Source: Camelus ferus
Taxonomy: Eukaryota
Reading direction: 5' to 3'
NCBI RefSeq assembly: GCF_009834535.1
Contig: NC_045698.1
Location: 8,930,001 to 8,994,000, forward strand
DNA: 64,000 nucleotides
Position 1 is the first letter of the stretch. Each line of letters begins with the position of its first letter. A program made the translations under genes and the position numbers. Positions 27,040-39,319 of this stretch are shown here, piece by piece. A model generated the notes under the pieces. It was not told the origin of the DNA. It did not search any database and was given only the letters and a program-made list of their open reading frames with translations.

Positions 27040-28530
27040 TTGCAAAGTTTTTGGTAATTATTTCTCTTATAGTTCTCATGCTGTGATTTCTTTCTTCCCC
27101 CTTTGGCATTACAAAGACGTTAACGTTACATTTTATTTTATCCTGCATTTCTTAGCTGTCCTACTCTATGTTTTGGACATTTTTTTTTTCTCTTTGCATT
27201 TCATTGTGAGTAATTTCCATTGACCCATCTTCAAGGTCACTGATTCTTTCCTTGACTGCATTGACTGTGAATGAGCATATGAAGGTATTTTTAATTTTTG
27301 CCACTGTGTTTTGATTTCTACCATTTCCTTTAATTATTTTTATGGTTTCCATGTCTCTTATGATATTACTCACCTAATTTTGCAAGTTGTATGCCTTTAA
27401 TTATTCTAAGTTCCCCATGTGATAATTTCAATGCTGATGCCATATTGAAATATGGTTCTGATTATTACTTTATCTCCTCCTAGTGTGCATCTCTTGTCTT
27501 TTAGCACGCTTGTGAATTTGTTTTGAAAGCTGGGTGTGTTGCAGAGAGCAGTAGGTATCTTAGTAAAAAGGACTTCACTGTGGGAGTTACTATTCTACCC
27601 AGTAATTGAGCTGTTTCAAATGCCTCTAGTTACCTTGCTTCTAATCTCCTTTCTGGTTTGGGGCTTCACTTTCCTTGGAGAAATGTCTACTTCTTGCAAC
27701 TCTCCTGGCTACTATCTACCATTATAATTAATGGAGATTTATTAGTGTGAGTATAGGACTTAGGAAGGAAATTCTCTGATCTTCTGATTAAGTCATAGTC
27801 TTTAGAGTACACAGTGGATCTGTGTCATGAGGGTGTGACTTTTACAAGTGTTCCTATGTTCCTTCAGGGCTGGAGACTTTCCTCTGCCGCTCTGCCCTCT
27901 TTCCTGGTGGCTCTCCTGCTATGTTCCTAGTCTGTGTCCTTCAGGCCATCTTTCCTGCAGATTTTGGCTTTTGGTGCATCCTTCAGTGAGACTGGAGGCT
28001 GGGGCTGTACTGAGGTCACGTCCCTTGACTGTAATGGAATTTCATCATTCCATTTGTTGATTTTCTTCTGCTTGCAGATTGGCCCTTTTGTTCCATAAGG
28101 AAAAGGTTTCTGTGTATTCACGTGTCCTTTCCATGGGCTATGGGCACTTCCTGTACCACAGATAGTGGCACCTTCTGCAGAGCCACATTTTGAGAGATTT
28201 CTGGGGGAAAGAGCTGCAGAAATGTCCCCATGACTGTGGCGTCCAGTTGCTTCTCATTCTCACAGTGGTCCACATTCAGCCTCCAGCAGTTTGTCAGAAT
28301 TCCCAATTTAATCCTCCTATTGGCTTATGTGGAGTCCAGTGGCTTCTGCACAGGAAATGAATGCTTGGATCCTATATCTCCCTGCAGTGGCCTGAGTGAT
28401 GGTGGTTGGTCCTGAAACCTCAAGGTTTATGAAAATTCATTAATTTTCAGTTTGTTCATCTTTTTCTTGTTGTTTTTGTGGAATGATGGATTCCTATCTC
28501 TTTACATAGCTAAGCTGAAACCAGAAGTCT
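27040..28530 (-). mobile_element. Old L1M 5' UTR plus ORF1 start
   Basis: ORF 27161..27373(-) has ORF1p coiled-coil-like 'KERISDLEDGSMEI'; ends aaaccagaagtc, typical of an L1M 5' terminus. Confidence 0.75.
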
Positions 28531-28708
28531 GAAAGACTCATTTTTAAATTTATAATCTCACTTGCTAGGTAAGTTCCTTGGTATGTTATTTAGTATAATT
28601 TATAAAACAGATGTGATCCATGCTTTCATACAACATAGGGTGAAAATAGATAGAAGAAATCATGACATCCTTGCTTACAAACACATTTCACATATTAAAG
28701 ATACATTG

Positions 28709-29150
28709 ACCAGTCCTTCTCAAACTCTTCCAGAAGATTGAAAAGGAGGGAATATTCCCAAACTCATTCTATGAAGCCATCATCACCCTGATACCAAAAC
28801 CAGGCAAAGACACCACCAAAAAAGAGAATTACAGACCAATATCACTGATGAATATAGATGCAAAAATCCTTACCAAAATATTAGCAAATAGAATCCAACA
28901 GCTTATAAAAAAGATTATACATCATGATCAAGTGGGGGTCATCCCAGGGACACAAGGGTGGTTCAACATACGCAAATCAATCAGTGTAATACATCACATC
29001 AACAAGAGAAAGGACAAAAACCACATGATCATCTCAACAGACAAAGAAAAAGCTTTTGATAAAATTCAACACCCATTTATGATAAAAACTCTCACCAAAG
29101 TGAGTATAGAGGGAACATATCTTAACATCATAAAAGCTATATATGACAGA
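28709..29150 (+). mobile_element. Young L1 ORF2 internal fragment (reverse transcriptase N-terminal part)
   Basis: Open frame from 28710: [11 protein letters not shown]...LIPKPGKD...[15 protein letters not shown]...[17 protein letters not shown]...[11 protein letters not shown]; no upstream or downstream L1 sequence. Confidence 0.97.
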
Positions 29151-29246
29151 TCTAAATTCTTAAATGCAAAGTTCTAAAATGGAAAGCATAACCAAGCAAG
29201 AATTCCTGGAGAAAAAACTGGATTGTTGATGACAACACAGGCAGCC

Positions 29247-29289
<43 letters not shown>

Positions 29290-29291
29290 TT
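29247..29291. repeat. (TTTA)n microsatellite
   Basis: Seen directly. Confidence 0.97.
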
Positions 29292-29895
29292 AGCAGTAAT
29301 CAGCATTTTGGTAAAACCTTATCATCAAAGAAAATAATTGCATACTTATTTTTCCTTAAAATTCACTAAATAATAGTTTCTTTAGAAGTTTTGGCAACTT
29401 TTCAAAACCAGTGCCAACTCAGAGTCTCTTTGGAAGCGCACTAATTTTCACTGTACTATTTTTGTATATTTTGGTTATCATTGAATTCTTAATGATTCAG
29501 AAAATACTATTTTTTGTTCACATAGATTTAGATTTTGCAACTAGAGAATATTTCCTAAATGGATTTGTTTATTCCCAACAACATCTTTTGCAGAGATTCA
29601 CAAGTTCAAGTGGTGAGTTTTCAGCTAGCTGAGTCCCATTACGTGCCATAGATGTCTGCCTCTGGAATTTTATTAACAAAGTTTGGTAATCTGTTTCTGC
29701 CAAAGGACAGTAATTGCATTACCAAAAAGAGCACAACACATGCACTCACAAATGAATCTCACTGAAGAAGAAAACATTGACACTTTCTCCAAGGAAAAGA
29801 AATACTTAATTCCCTTAAAGTCAAGTAGAATAAAACAGTGCTGAAAAAGTAACTCTACTGTGTAATGCATGATAATTCTCTGTCTTGGATGATAG

Positions 29896-31048
29896 TATTT
29901 ATGAGCTGAATGTTGCACCCCCCCACCTCACTGAGATGTGGAAGTATTAATCCCTAGTACCTCACAAGTGACTGTATTTGGAGTTCTGGTCTTAAAAATA
30001 GTAATTAACATTGCATAAGGTCATCAGGGTGGACCCTAATCCAGTATGATTTGTCTCCTGATAAAAAGAGATTACAACACAAACATACACAGCAGAAGGA
30101 CATGTGAAGACTGGAGAGAAAAGATGGTTGTCTACAAGCCATGGAAAGATGTTCCCAAATAAGTCAACCCTGCCTACATATTTTTTTTTAATTAAAAAAA
30201 CATTTTATTGAAGTATAGTTGATTCACAATGTTGATGTACAATGTTAGTTTCAAGCGTATAACAAAGTGATTCAGATATGCATATACATATATATATTCC
30301 TTTTCAGACTATTTTCCATTTTAGGTTATTACAAGACTTTGAATATAGTTCTTTGTGTTCTACAGTAGGTCCTTGTTGTTTATCTATTTTATATATAGTA
30401 GTGTATATCTGTTAATCCCAGACTTCTAATTTATCCCTCCCCCCAACCCCTTTCCCCTTTGGTAACCATAGTTTGTTTTCAATGTCTATGAGTCTATTTC
30501 TGGTTTGTAAATAAGTTAATTTATATCATTTTATTAGATTCCACATATAAGTAATAGCATATAATATTTGTCTTTGTCTGACATACTTCAATTAATATAG
30601 TAATCTCTAGGTCCATCCATGTTGCTGCAAATGGCATTATTTCATTCTTTTTTATGGCTGAGTAGTGTTCCGTTCTACAATTTCTTTTTCCATTCATTTG
30701 TCAATGAACATTTGGGTTGCTTCCTTCCATGTCTTGGCTATTGTAAATAGTGCTCCTAACAACACTGGGGTGCACGTATCTTTTTGAGTTAGAGTTTTCT
30801 CCAGATATATGCCCGTGAGTGGGACTGCTGGATCATAGGGTAACTCTATTTTTAGTTTTTTAAGGAACTTTCATACTGTTTTCCATAGTGGCTGCACCAA
30901 TTTACATTCCACCAATAGTGTAACCCCTGCCTACATCTTGATCTTGTACATTTAACCTCCCAGAACTGTGAGAAAATAAATTTCTGTTATTTAAGCCCCC
31001 TGGTCTATGGGACTTGGTTGTAGCAGCCTTAGTAAGTAAGCTAACACA
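29896..31048 (+). mobile_element. MaLR LTR (MLT1B-like), split by an L1
   Basis: ggtcatcagggtggaccctaatccagtatga; ccagaactgtgagaaaataaatttctgttatttaagcc; ends ctaacaca. Confidence 0.85.
30181..30922 (-). mobile_element. 5'-truncated artiodactyl-type L1 (3' UTR and ORF2 end)
   Basis: Poly-T then tttattgaagtatagttgat; TSD CCCTGCCTACAT at 30168-30179 and 30925-30936. Confidence 0.93.
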
Positions 31049-31083
31049 GATGTTTCGAGATAAGCAGTTTTGGACTACAACAA

Positions 31084-31198
31084 AGAATATGAATGAGATC
31101 TGTCTAAGTCCTGTGGGAAATAATCAGCAGTCCCATTAATACAGAATATGAATGAGGTCAAGCTAAGTCCTGTGGGAAATAATCAGCAGTCCCATTAA
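31084..31198. repeat. Tandem duplication, 59-bp period, 2 copies
   Basis: agaatatgaatgag-N6-ctaagtcctgtgggaaataatcagcagtcccattaa at 31084 and 31143. Confidence 0.95.
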
Positions 31199-31435
31199 CT
31201 TAATTATGAAAATAATTAAGAACAAACCAAAGTCTAGGAATAAGAAACTATCCTTATAAATACAGAATTGGAAATCTGAATGAAACCAAGGAATTCATAG
31301 CCTGGTGATGAGTGAACTTCAAGAGTTATCTTTTTTTTTTTTCACTTTCAAAATTTGTAAACTCTAAATGTTGACATTTAGAAACTGTATTAGTTTGGTT
31401 GACTATTCCTTTCCCAGGAAGACTATGTTGAAGAG

Positions 31436-32053
31436 TGTGGGAGCCCATGATTGGGTTAACAAATTGTAACAATCCCAGCCACTTATCTCCTTAAAGAAGA
31501 TGTGCTTAGTAACTGCCTTGAGGTTTTAGCAATGACCCGGGGCCCCCGGCTATAAATGCTGGGCATGCCTGCTGTTAGTCTTCTATCCCCAAAACAGCCT
31601 TGGGCTGGAATGGCAAACAACTTATAGAAAGCTGCAGGCTCAGAGGTGAGAAGGCTGGTTAGCCAATGACGGGTAAGCCCCCCTGAGGGGGCAACCTGAG
31701 ACAGGCACAGCCGCCTGAATCCAGGAAAATCTTGTCAGGCAGCTGATTCTCATACGTTCCACCCTGATAAGCAGAAAGGCTCAACACGATTATGATTCAC
31801 CAAAAAGGGTCTTCTGACCTTGAGCCAAACACCAACAATAAACAAAGCCTTTGTACTCATTGTGATCCCACCCTGTCCTTCCCTAAATTCCTGCTTCAAC
31901 TGTACTCAATAAATATGAGAGATTTGAGAGGCTCATGGAGTTGGCTCCTGACTCTGTCTCGCTCTCTTGACTTTCCCCTAGAGTCTTGAGTAATTCATTC
32001 TATCTCGGTGGGACTTCTGCTGGCCAGAACCCACAACTGGTGACGAACCCACA
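31436..32053 (+). mobile_element. ERV2/betaretrovirus-class LTR with PBS-like stub
   Basis: TG...CA termini; exact 6-bp TSD GAAGAG (31430-31435 / 32054-32059); TATAAA at 31551; AATAAA at 31837 and 31908. Confidence 0.88.
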
Positions 32054-33027
32054 GAAGAGCAGTGGAGACAAATGTGTAGACAGTGGGTTTCACAAGTTTA
32101 TTTTATGCTTATACATTTAGATGTTGCTCCCAAATCATCCTATACAATTTCGCTGGCATCTAGATATTGTCTCTAGAATCCTTCTGAGCATAATGTCCCG
32201 TGATGCCAATAGCTATTGGTAAGATTCACTTAATTCAGTCACTAAGGAGATGATTATTTGAAGATTACTACATGTCAGATGATGCTATAGGCAAAGGGGA
32301 AGTGGCAAGTGGAAAGGGATTCAAGCAGGTAACCTGTATCCTTCCATTTCTCTTTGCCATGAGGATGCTCAGAGAGAAGGCAGCTGGCATTCTCATATCA
32401 TTATAAACACACTGATAACTGATCTTATGGTTAATAGACTAATAGGATTTGCTAGGAGGCTCTTTATAAAAAAATATTTTTGCTAACTTGTTTCTGGTTT
32501 GGCATTGCTCCAACCAACAGACATTAAGACCTATGGGGCATGGAACCCTAAAAATTTTCTCTAAGTTCTAACTATCTAAGTGTAAGATGGAGACGTTTTG
32601 CAACCTAACATGCTGCCTGACATGGGTGGCCATGCCCTGGGACAGAGAACACACACCCCGCAGAAAAGTCATGGAGGATCATGTTCCGTGTCCCAGGCTT
32701 CTACACTTTCCCTGTTTCTTGATTTTGGTATCTTTGAAATGATGACTGTGCCTTGATACTGGAGCAGCTCCCAGTTTCTGACTCTGTGATTAGATAAGTC
32801 TATGCATTGTGTTAGCTCAGTGATGTACATAACACTCATCCTCACTTCGATGACATTTTGCTCTGGTAGATGAAGAGGGAGCCAGTCCATCGTTTCTGAA
32901 TAATGACATGAGGCTAATGAACCAGTGACCTTTGTGGTCAAGTGTGTGAAATGTGCAACAATTAGTTATTTCTTACTGTATACATCTGCAAATCGGAATG
33001 CAGTCTTTTGAGCTACTGTTATAATTA

Positions 33028-33340
33028 TAGTGCCTCAATTCCCTCATCTGAAAGTCTTGGGGCAAAGGATGAGTTAGAAAGCAGTATTTTTCAGATTTTA
33101 GAAAAAGGATACCAGGCAAGTGTAACAAATTATTTCACAGAAGCAGTAGATTTGAAAGCAATAACTTCGTACTTAAAATTTTTAATATTTCTGAAATAAA
33201 ACATGCAAACTATCACAAGACAGATTATGATATGTTGCTTCCAGTCAGTTCAGATTATGCCACCAAATGAGCTAAAAAGTAAAACTCAGTTTTCAGAGGA
33301 TTTGGGGTTATATCATTCCAACTAAGGACTTGTACAACTG
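33028..33340. mobile_element. Old TcMar-Tigger-like MITE
   Basis: aattccctcatctgaaagtcttggggc ... ttttcagaggatttgggg...aaggacttgtacaactg resembles degenerate Tigger TIRs. Confidence 0.45.
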
Positions 33341-34215
33341 CATTATCCTTATTATTAACTCTTCATTTTGAAATAAATAATTTTTCAGAGTTTTTGACTT
33401 CTTGTTTTAAATTAAATGGAGAGTTTTTCCTGCCTGCTACGGAGCTGTCACCTGGGGATTTCCTGTATTATATCTGTGTTTGATTAAGTGCATTGATTCC
33501 TGAAGTCCAAGACTTCATCTACTTTTCTTTTTTTTTTTTTTTCAAGTTTCTTAAGTACATGCTCAAGCAAACTTATTTTCAAAATGAATATATGGAAATA
33601 AACTTTGATGCTCTGGCAAGATCCAAAATATGTTTAAGCTTTGAGGACCTAAATCATAATTTGACTGGATAGGACAGTTCTAGATTCAAAATCTTCTTTC
33701 CTCAGAACTTTGAAGATTATATTCTACTGAGCTTTGAACCCAGTGTTGCTGAAGGCGTCAGTGCTGACCATCTGGATTTTATTTCATCACTCCTATCTTA
33801 ATCTTTCTTTTAGAAGCCCTTGGTATTGTCTCTGCATTTTACTTTTTAAAATTTCAACAAGATGTTCCAAGGTAATAGTCCTTTTTTTAAAAATTTATCT
33901 TATATCTTATCTGGCAGGGCACCAAATTACAAATAATTTTATCTAGTTTTTAAGTTTGGGGAATTTTTTAAAATTTAATCCTTTGATGTCATTCTTCGGC
34001 TATGTTTTCTGTTTCCTCTTTCTAATAAAGAGATCTTGTCATCCTGGTTTAATCTTAGGTATTTATTAATATTTTACATATCATTTTCATTTTTGTCTTT
34101 TTTGCTCTGCATTATGGAATGGTATTTAATTTTTGTTTAATTGTAGATTTTTCAAGGTTTTTTTTTTAATGTTGTCTTTATTTTCAAATGACCTGTTTAT
34201 ACCACCCTATTATTT

Positions 34216-35382
34216 AAAAATAAAAAAAAAATATTGAAGGCTTATTAGGTGTCAAGTTTTCTTTGAAATACAACTGACATGTGTGTAAGTTTAAGGTGTA
34301 CAACCTGTTGGTTTGATATATTTATATTGCAATATGGTTACTGCCATAGAATTAGCTAACACATCTATCACATCACATAATTATCTTTTTTTGTGGTGAA
34401 AGCATTTAAGATCTAGTCTCTAAGCAACTTTGAAGTATATGATACAATATTATTAACTATAATCACAGTTATTAGAGCACTAGAAATTTTTTATCTTCTA
34501 ACTTCAAATTTATACCCTTTGACCAACATCTCCTCTGTTCCCTCACCCTTTGCCTCTGGTGACCACCATTCTATTTTCTGTTTCTGAGTCTGGCCATTTT
34601 AGATTTCACTTATATGTGAGATCACACAGTATTGGTTTTTCTCTGTCTGTTTTGTCTCACTTAGCAAAATATCCTCCATGTCCATCCATATTGTTGCAAT
34701 GGCAGGATTTCTTTCTTTCTCATGGCTGAATAATATTCCATTGTGTGTGTGTATCCAGGTCTTGAATCTTTTTTATCCATTCATCTGTTGACAGAAACTT
34801 AGTGCTTTCCATATCTTGACTACTGTGAACAAGGCTGCAATAAACATGGGAGTGCAGATATCTTTTTGATGTCTTGGTTTTATTTCCTATGAATATAGAC
34901 CCAGAAGTGGGATTGCTAGATTATATGGCAGTTCTATTTTTAATTTTTTGGGAAACCTCTATACAGTTTTCCATAGTGACCGCACCAATTTGTGTTCCTG
35001 CCAACAGTGCTCAAGGCTTCCCTTTCTCCACCTTCTTGCCAACACTTCTTATGACTTGTCTTTCTTATGGTAGCCGTTCTAACAGGTGTGAGGTGGTATC
35101 TCATTGTGGCTTTGATTTTGCATTTCCTTGGTGATTAGCAATGTTGAGCATCTTTCCATGTACCTGTTGGCTGACTGAATGTCTTCTTTGGAAAAACATT
35201 TATTCATTTCCTCTGTCCATTTTTTAATCAAATTGTTTTCTTGCTGTTGAATTGCATGAGTTCTATACATATTTTGGAATTTAACCCCTTCTTATGTATG
35301 TGGTTTGCAAGTATTGTCTCCCATTCCATATGTTTGCCCTTTCATTTTGTTGATTGTTTCTTTTGCTGTGCAGAAGCTTTAA
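34216..35382 (-). mobile_element. 5'-truncated L1 (L1MA9-like 3' UTR and ORF2 C-terminus)
   Basis: ORF 35079..35270(-) '[30 protein letters not shown]' is ORF2p C-terminal; possible TSD cctattattt at 34206 and 35383. Confidence 0.92.
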
Positions 35383-35442
35383 CCTATTATTTTTTAAGGA
35401 TACAAAAATTTCCCATATATCTCTTTGAATATAAATTAAAAC

Positions 35443-35927
35443 TAGACAGTTTTCGATTTACAGTGGTTTGATGTAAAGTTTTTCAACTTTATGATGGTGC
35501 AAAAGCAATACCCTTGATAGAAACCATACTTCAAATTTTGAATTTTGATTTTTTTCCTGGGCTAGTGATGTGTGGTCTGATACTCTCTTGTAAGGCTGGG
35601 TAGCAGCAGTGAGCCACACCATTCCCACGGTAGACAATTGATACACTTATAACCTTTCTGCCCAGATAAGACTATTCTGTTTTTCACTTTCAGTATAGTA
35701 TTCAATAAATTACATGTGATATTAGATACTTTGTTATCAAATAGGTTTTGTGTTAGATAATTTTGCACTGTAGGCTAATATAAATGTTCTGAGCACATTT
35801 AACGTAGACAAAGCTAAGATACGATGTTCAGTAGGTTAGGTGTATTAAATGCATTTCAATTAAGGATATTTTTAACTTACTATGGGTTTATTGGGAAGTA
35901 AACTCATTGTAAGTTGAAGAAGAGCTG
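35443..35927 (-). mobile_element. MER47/Tigger5-type MITE
   Basis: gtaggttaggtgtattaaatgcattt; ttttcactttcagtatagtattcaataaattacatg; both TIRs recognisable, with TA after 35927. Confidence 0.88.
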
Positions 35928-36371
35928 TAATTTGAAAGTTTGCTCCTGCTTCCTTAATTATTAGTTTCCTTCAGCATGTGTTGTTTATTAATTTTGGCTT
36001 TCTTTCTTCCATGTGGTGCATTTTATTGCAATGTTTTCTAATTTTTATTCCTTTTTAGGGCTGGTAAAGCCAGTATCGGTTTCCAGGCATCTCTCAGAAT
36101 ACTCAGGTTCTCATGTACCACATTCAGCTTGTTATATCCTGTCAAGATTCTTCCAGCGATGGCTGGTGACTCTTTATATATGAGTAAAATTCAAAGACTC
36201 ACTATGGTAAGAGCAAGGGGACAAGCCACAGTCCTGCACACTGCAGTGGCTCCTGCAGCCACAATTGCTGTCATCATCTTATTCCTCCACCAGCCATCTG
36301 ACATTCCCCTAACCCAAGACCAGCACTTCCACTCGATACAGGAGAATATGGGGGGCGCAAGTGGATGGCCA

Positions 36372-36866
36372 TGTCTCAGGTCTCAGATGAGTCTCTGGGA
36401 TGCACACTGCCAAGTGAGGGTCCTTGGCTTTGTGCAGGAAAGAATTCAAGGGTAAGCCATTGTTGATAAAAGTAGATTTATTCAGAGAGGTGGACGCTCC
36501 ATAGACAGAGTGAAGGCTGCCTCAGAAGACAGGAGAAAGAGAGCAACTGTTTTTAGATGCTAATAAGTGAGAGGATTATTCCAACTACTTTGGGAGAAGG
36601 GGTGGGAACTCCCAGGAATTGGGCCACCACCCTCTTTTTGACCTTTCATGGTTAGCTTGGGAGCTGTCACGGCACCTGTGGGTATGTCATTTACCATGCT
36701 AATATATTACAATGTGTGTAATATAGCTCAAGGTCCACTGGAGGTCAAATCTCCCACCATCTTGGGCCTCCAGGTCTATTGGGAGATGAATCTTCCGCCA
36801 TCTTGGTGCTAATTGCTGTGTCATTCCTTTAATGGCTGTGCCTGCCCCCTTCCCTCCTGTCTCTCA
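36372..36866 (-). mobile_element. ERV1 (MER4-group-like) solo LTR
   Basis: ggtccttggctttgtgcaggaaagaattcaag, tttattc and gtcatttaccatgctaat motifs; ends cctgtctctca; TSD unclear. Confidence 0.75.
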
Positions 36867-36976
36867 CTGGCCCATGACTTTGCCCATTATGATAACCCCA
36901 GCTCTTCTTGTGAATCCTATTGACGTTGCCCTTGTCAGGCTGCAGTTGTTGAAATCCCTCATTTACAATTTTTACC

Positions 36977-37441
36977 TGCTGACTGAAATAAATGCCCAGC
37001 CTAAAAGTTGAGAGTTATGTTTTATTTAGCCGGGATGACAGCCTCTCAGATTGCTCTGAGGGACTGCTCCAAAGAGGTAGGGAAGGAGCTAGGATATATA
37101 GGAGCTTTACAACAAAGACCAGGTAGCTGTAACAATAAAAGATCACTTGTTATCTAAAGAAAACCAGGCATCTCAAGTTAAAGAATTTAGTGCTTTTCTA
37201 TGTATGGGAGGAAGCAAACATTTGGACTCATTGAATTCATTCCTTTGACAAGCACCCAGCTATCTAGGGCCAGTGTCCTGTCCTTTCTTATCCTGAGTCC
37301 CCTCAGGGTGCACCATTGTGAGTGGCTGCAGAGGCTGGGCTGCAGACCTGTCCTCACTGGGGGGTGGCAGCAGCCGCTGATGACTTGATGGCTTCAGCAT
37401 TCTTTGTTTACTAACACGGTTTGCAGTATTTTTTGTTCACA
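36977..37441 (-). mobile_element. ERV1-class solo LTR (family B)
   Basis: Reverse complement of 16288-16786; exact TSD TACC. Confidence 0.93.
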
Positions 37442-38052
37442 TACCAGCAATGCAATATCCAAGAAGTTCTTGAGTTCCAGACACATTCCTCCTTGTCCTC
37501 ACTATCAGCAGCGTGTCTGTCACCTTATGATGATCATGGTCTGTTATTTCTTCAAGGATATTAATTCCCTCTTTGTTTGGCTTACCAGCATGAGGAACCA
37601 AAATTTACCAGGCAGTTAACTGTAGTTTTACACTGAGAGGATCCACTGTTCAGTTTCCTCATAGAAGCATCTCTCACTTAGGGATAGAAATGCATAAGAG
37701 ACTAAAATTACAGGGACTGGAAGCACAAATTCCCCCAGTGGATCACTAAATTAACGATGAGAGAAATCACTTGTACTTCCATCCATACCTTGGTTCCCAT
37801 GGTTATATAGTCTACCTATTTGGGACATAGCATTACACAATGCCACTAGGAAAGTATATACAACTACTTAAAAGACAGCATTGCAATCCTATAGACTATT
37901 CCCCTAAGCTGACTCCTTAACTAACCTTTTAAAAGGTTCTTTCAATGCTTTATGAGAATGGCAGCTTCTGAGTAATGCAAAGAATTGCAATTTGTCAGTG
38001 AATATTACTGTTATGACTTTAGCTCTCTGATCTTGATCATTCTGGATAACAT

Positions 38053-39073
38053 TGAAATGGAGCCGGACCCTCTGGGGTCCTCCTGGTACAAGTCCTTTCT
38101 ATCCCCCAATTCTCTTTTGTAGGAAATAGGCTTCGTTTAGCCTCCTTGACCTTCCTTGAGTTCCAAAGGGCGGATTCAAACGTGCTAATCAGGGAAGGGA
38201 GGGGCTGCAGAGACAAGGAAGAACAGTCAACAAACAATAGTGCAGCCTTGGGGCAGGGTCCTGATTCCTCCTCGAGGAATATACATAATAATACCTTTGA
38301 TTTCCTCTGTTGGAACTTCTTCCCCCACCCAGGTGGAGGATGGCAACTTCAGACTGAGCACAAGATTCCTGGAACACTGCGCCGTTACCTCACTACCAAC
38401 CAATCAGAAGAAAGTCACGTAGCCTGCCGCCCTCACCCCAAGTTTTGCCTATGAAACTGTCCACTGAAATAAATGTGCAGCCTAAAAATTGAGAGCTATG
38501 TTTTATTTGGCTGAGGACTCAAGCTGGGATGGCAGCCTTTCAGATTGCTCTGAGGTAAGGGAGGGGCTAGGATATATGTAGCTTTACAACAAAGACCAGG
38601 TAGTTGGAATAATAAAAGATTTCTTGTCATGTAAAGAAAACCAGGTATCAAGTTAAAGAATTTAGCGCTTTTCTATGTATGGGAGGGAGCAAACATTTGG
38701 GCTCATTGAATTCATTCCTTTGACAAGCGCCCAGCTATTTAGGGCCAGTGTCCTGTCCTTTCTTATCCTGAGTCCCCTCAGGGTGCACCATTGTGAGTGG
38801 CTGCAGAGGCTGGGCTGCAGGCCTGTCCTCCCTGGGGGGTGGCGGCAGAGATGATTTGATGGCTTCAGCATTCTTTGTTTACTGATATGGTTTGCAGTAT
38901 TTTTTGTTCACAAAATCTCTCCAAAAACCATTGAGCAGTTGGGGATTTTCATACACGAGCCGTTCATCCTCCATTCTCAGCCCTGCAATGCACCTTTCTC
39001 TGCTCCAAACTCTGACTTTTCATTTTGTTTGGCCTCACTGTGTGTCAGGCACATGAAATTCTCTTTGGTAACA
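38053..39073 (+). mobile_element. ERV1-class solo LTR (family C), split by a family-B LTR
   Basis: tgaaatggagcc...ggtaaca; CCAAT (accaatcag) and TATA-like gcctatgaaa; flanks acat/atat. Confidence 0.8.
38458..38912 (-). mobile_element. ERV1-class solo LTR (family B)
   Basis: Homologous to the 36977 and 16288 copies; flanks aaac/aaat. Confidence 0.92.
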
Positions 39074-39319
39074 ATATGGGTCAAACCACATCCTTGTCTA
39101 TCCATCTATTTCATTCTTAAAAATATCATGGTCTGTCATCTTTCAAAGCATTCACTTGAGAATAGGCCTTTTAATCGTCTTCAGAAAAGCAGGAATCTGA
39201 TATCCACTAGCAAAATGGAGGGGACAGTTTCAGAAGTTAGGGGCTCAGTGTTCTCAAGCATATCCAGGGCTTTCGGTCCCACTACTTCCTTGTCAAAGCC
39301 AGAATTGTAGTGTAAGATG

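Larger units (their letters stand above)
36060..39310 (-). mobile_element. ERVL/MaLR internal remnant, interrupted by four LTRs
   Basis: atgaggaaccaaaatttaccaggcagt resembles the antisense ERVL dUTPase-like region; abuts the MLT1 LTR at 39320. Confidence 0.55.

Noticed and set aside
28848..29177. Host or domesticated reverse-transcriptase gene
   Set aside because: Plain L1 ORF2 fragment lacking the catalytic (F/Y)ADD region; the ATG is an internal Met
29247..29291. (TTTA)n as the tail of the L1 RT fragment
   Set aside because: Wrong side and strand for either a canonical or a twin-primed structure, and separated by ~100 bp of unrelated sequence
31084..31198. CRISPR-like repeat-spacer array
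   Set aside because: Only two adjacent copies, no spacers, no cas genes, mammalian DNA
36977..38912. Two same-orientation family-B LTRs ~1 kb apart as one deleted provirus
   Set aside because: Each has its own TSD (TACC; aaac/aaat) and the second sits inside another LTR, so they are independent insertions
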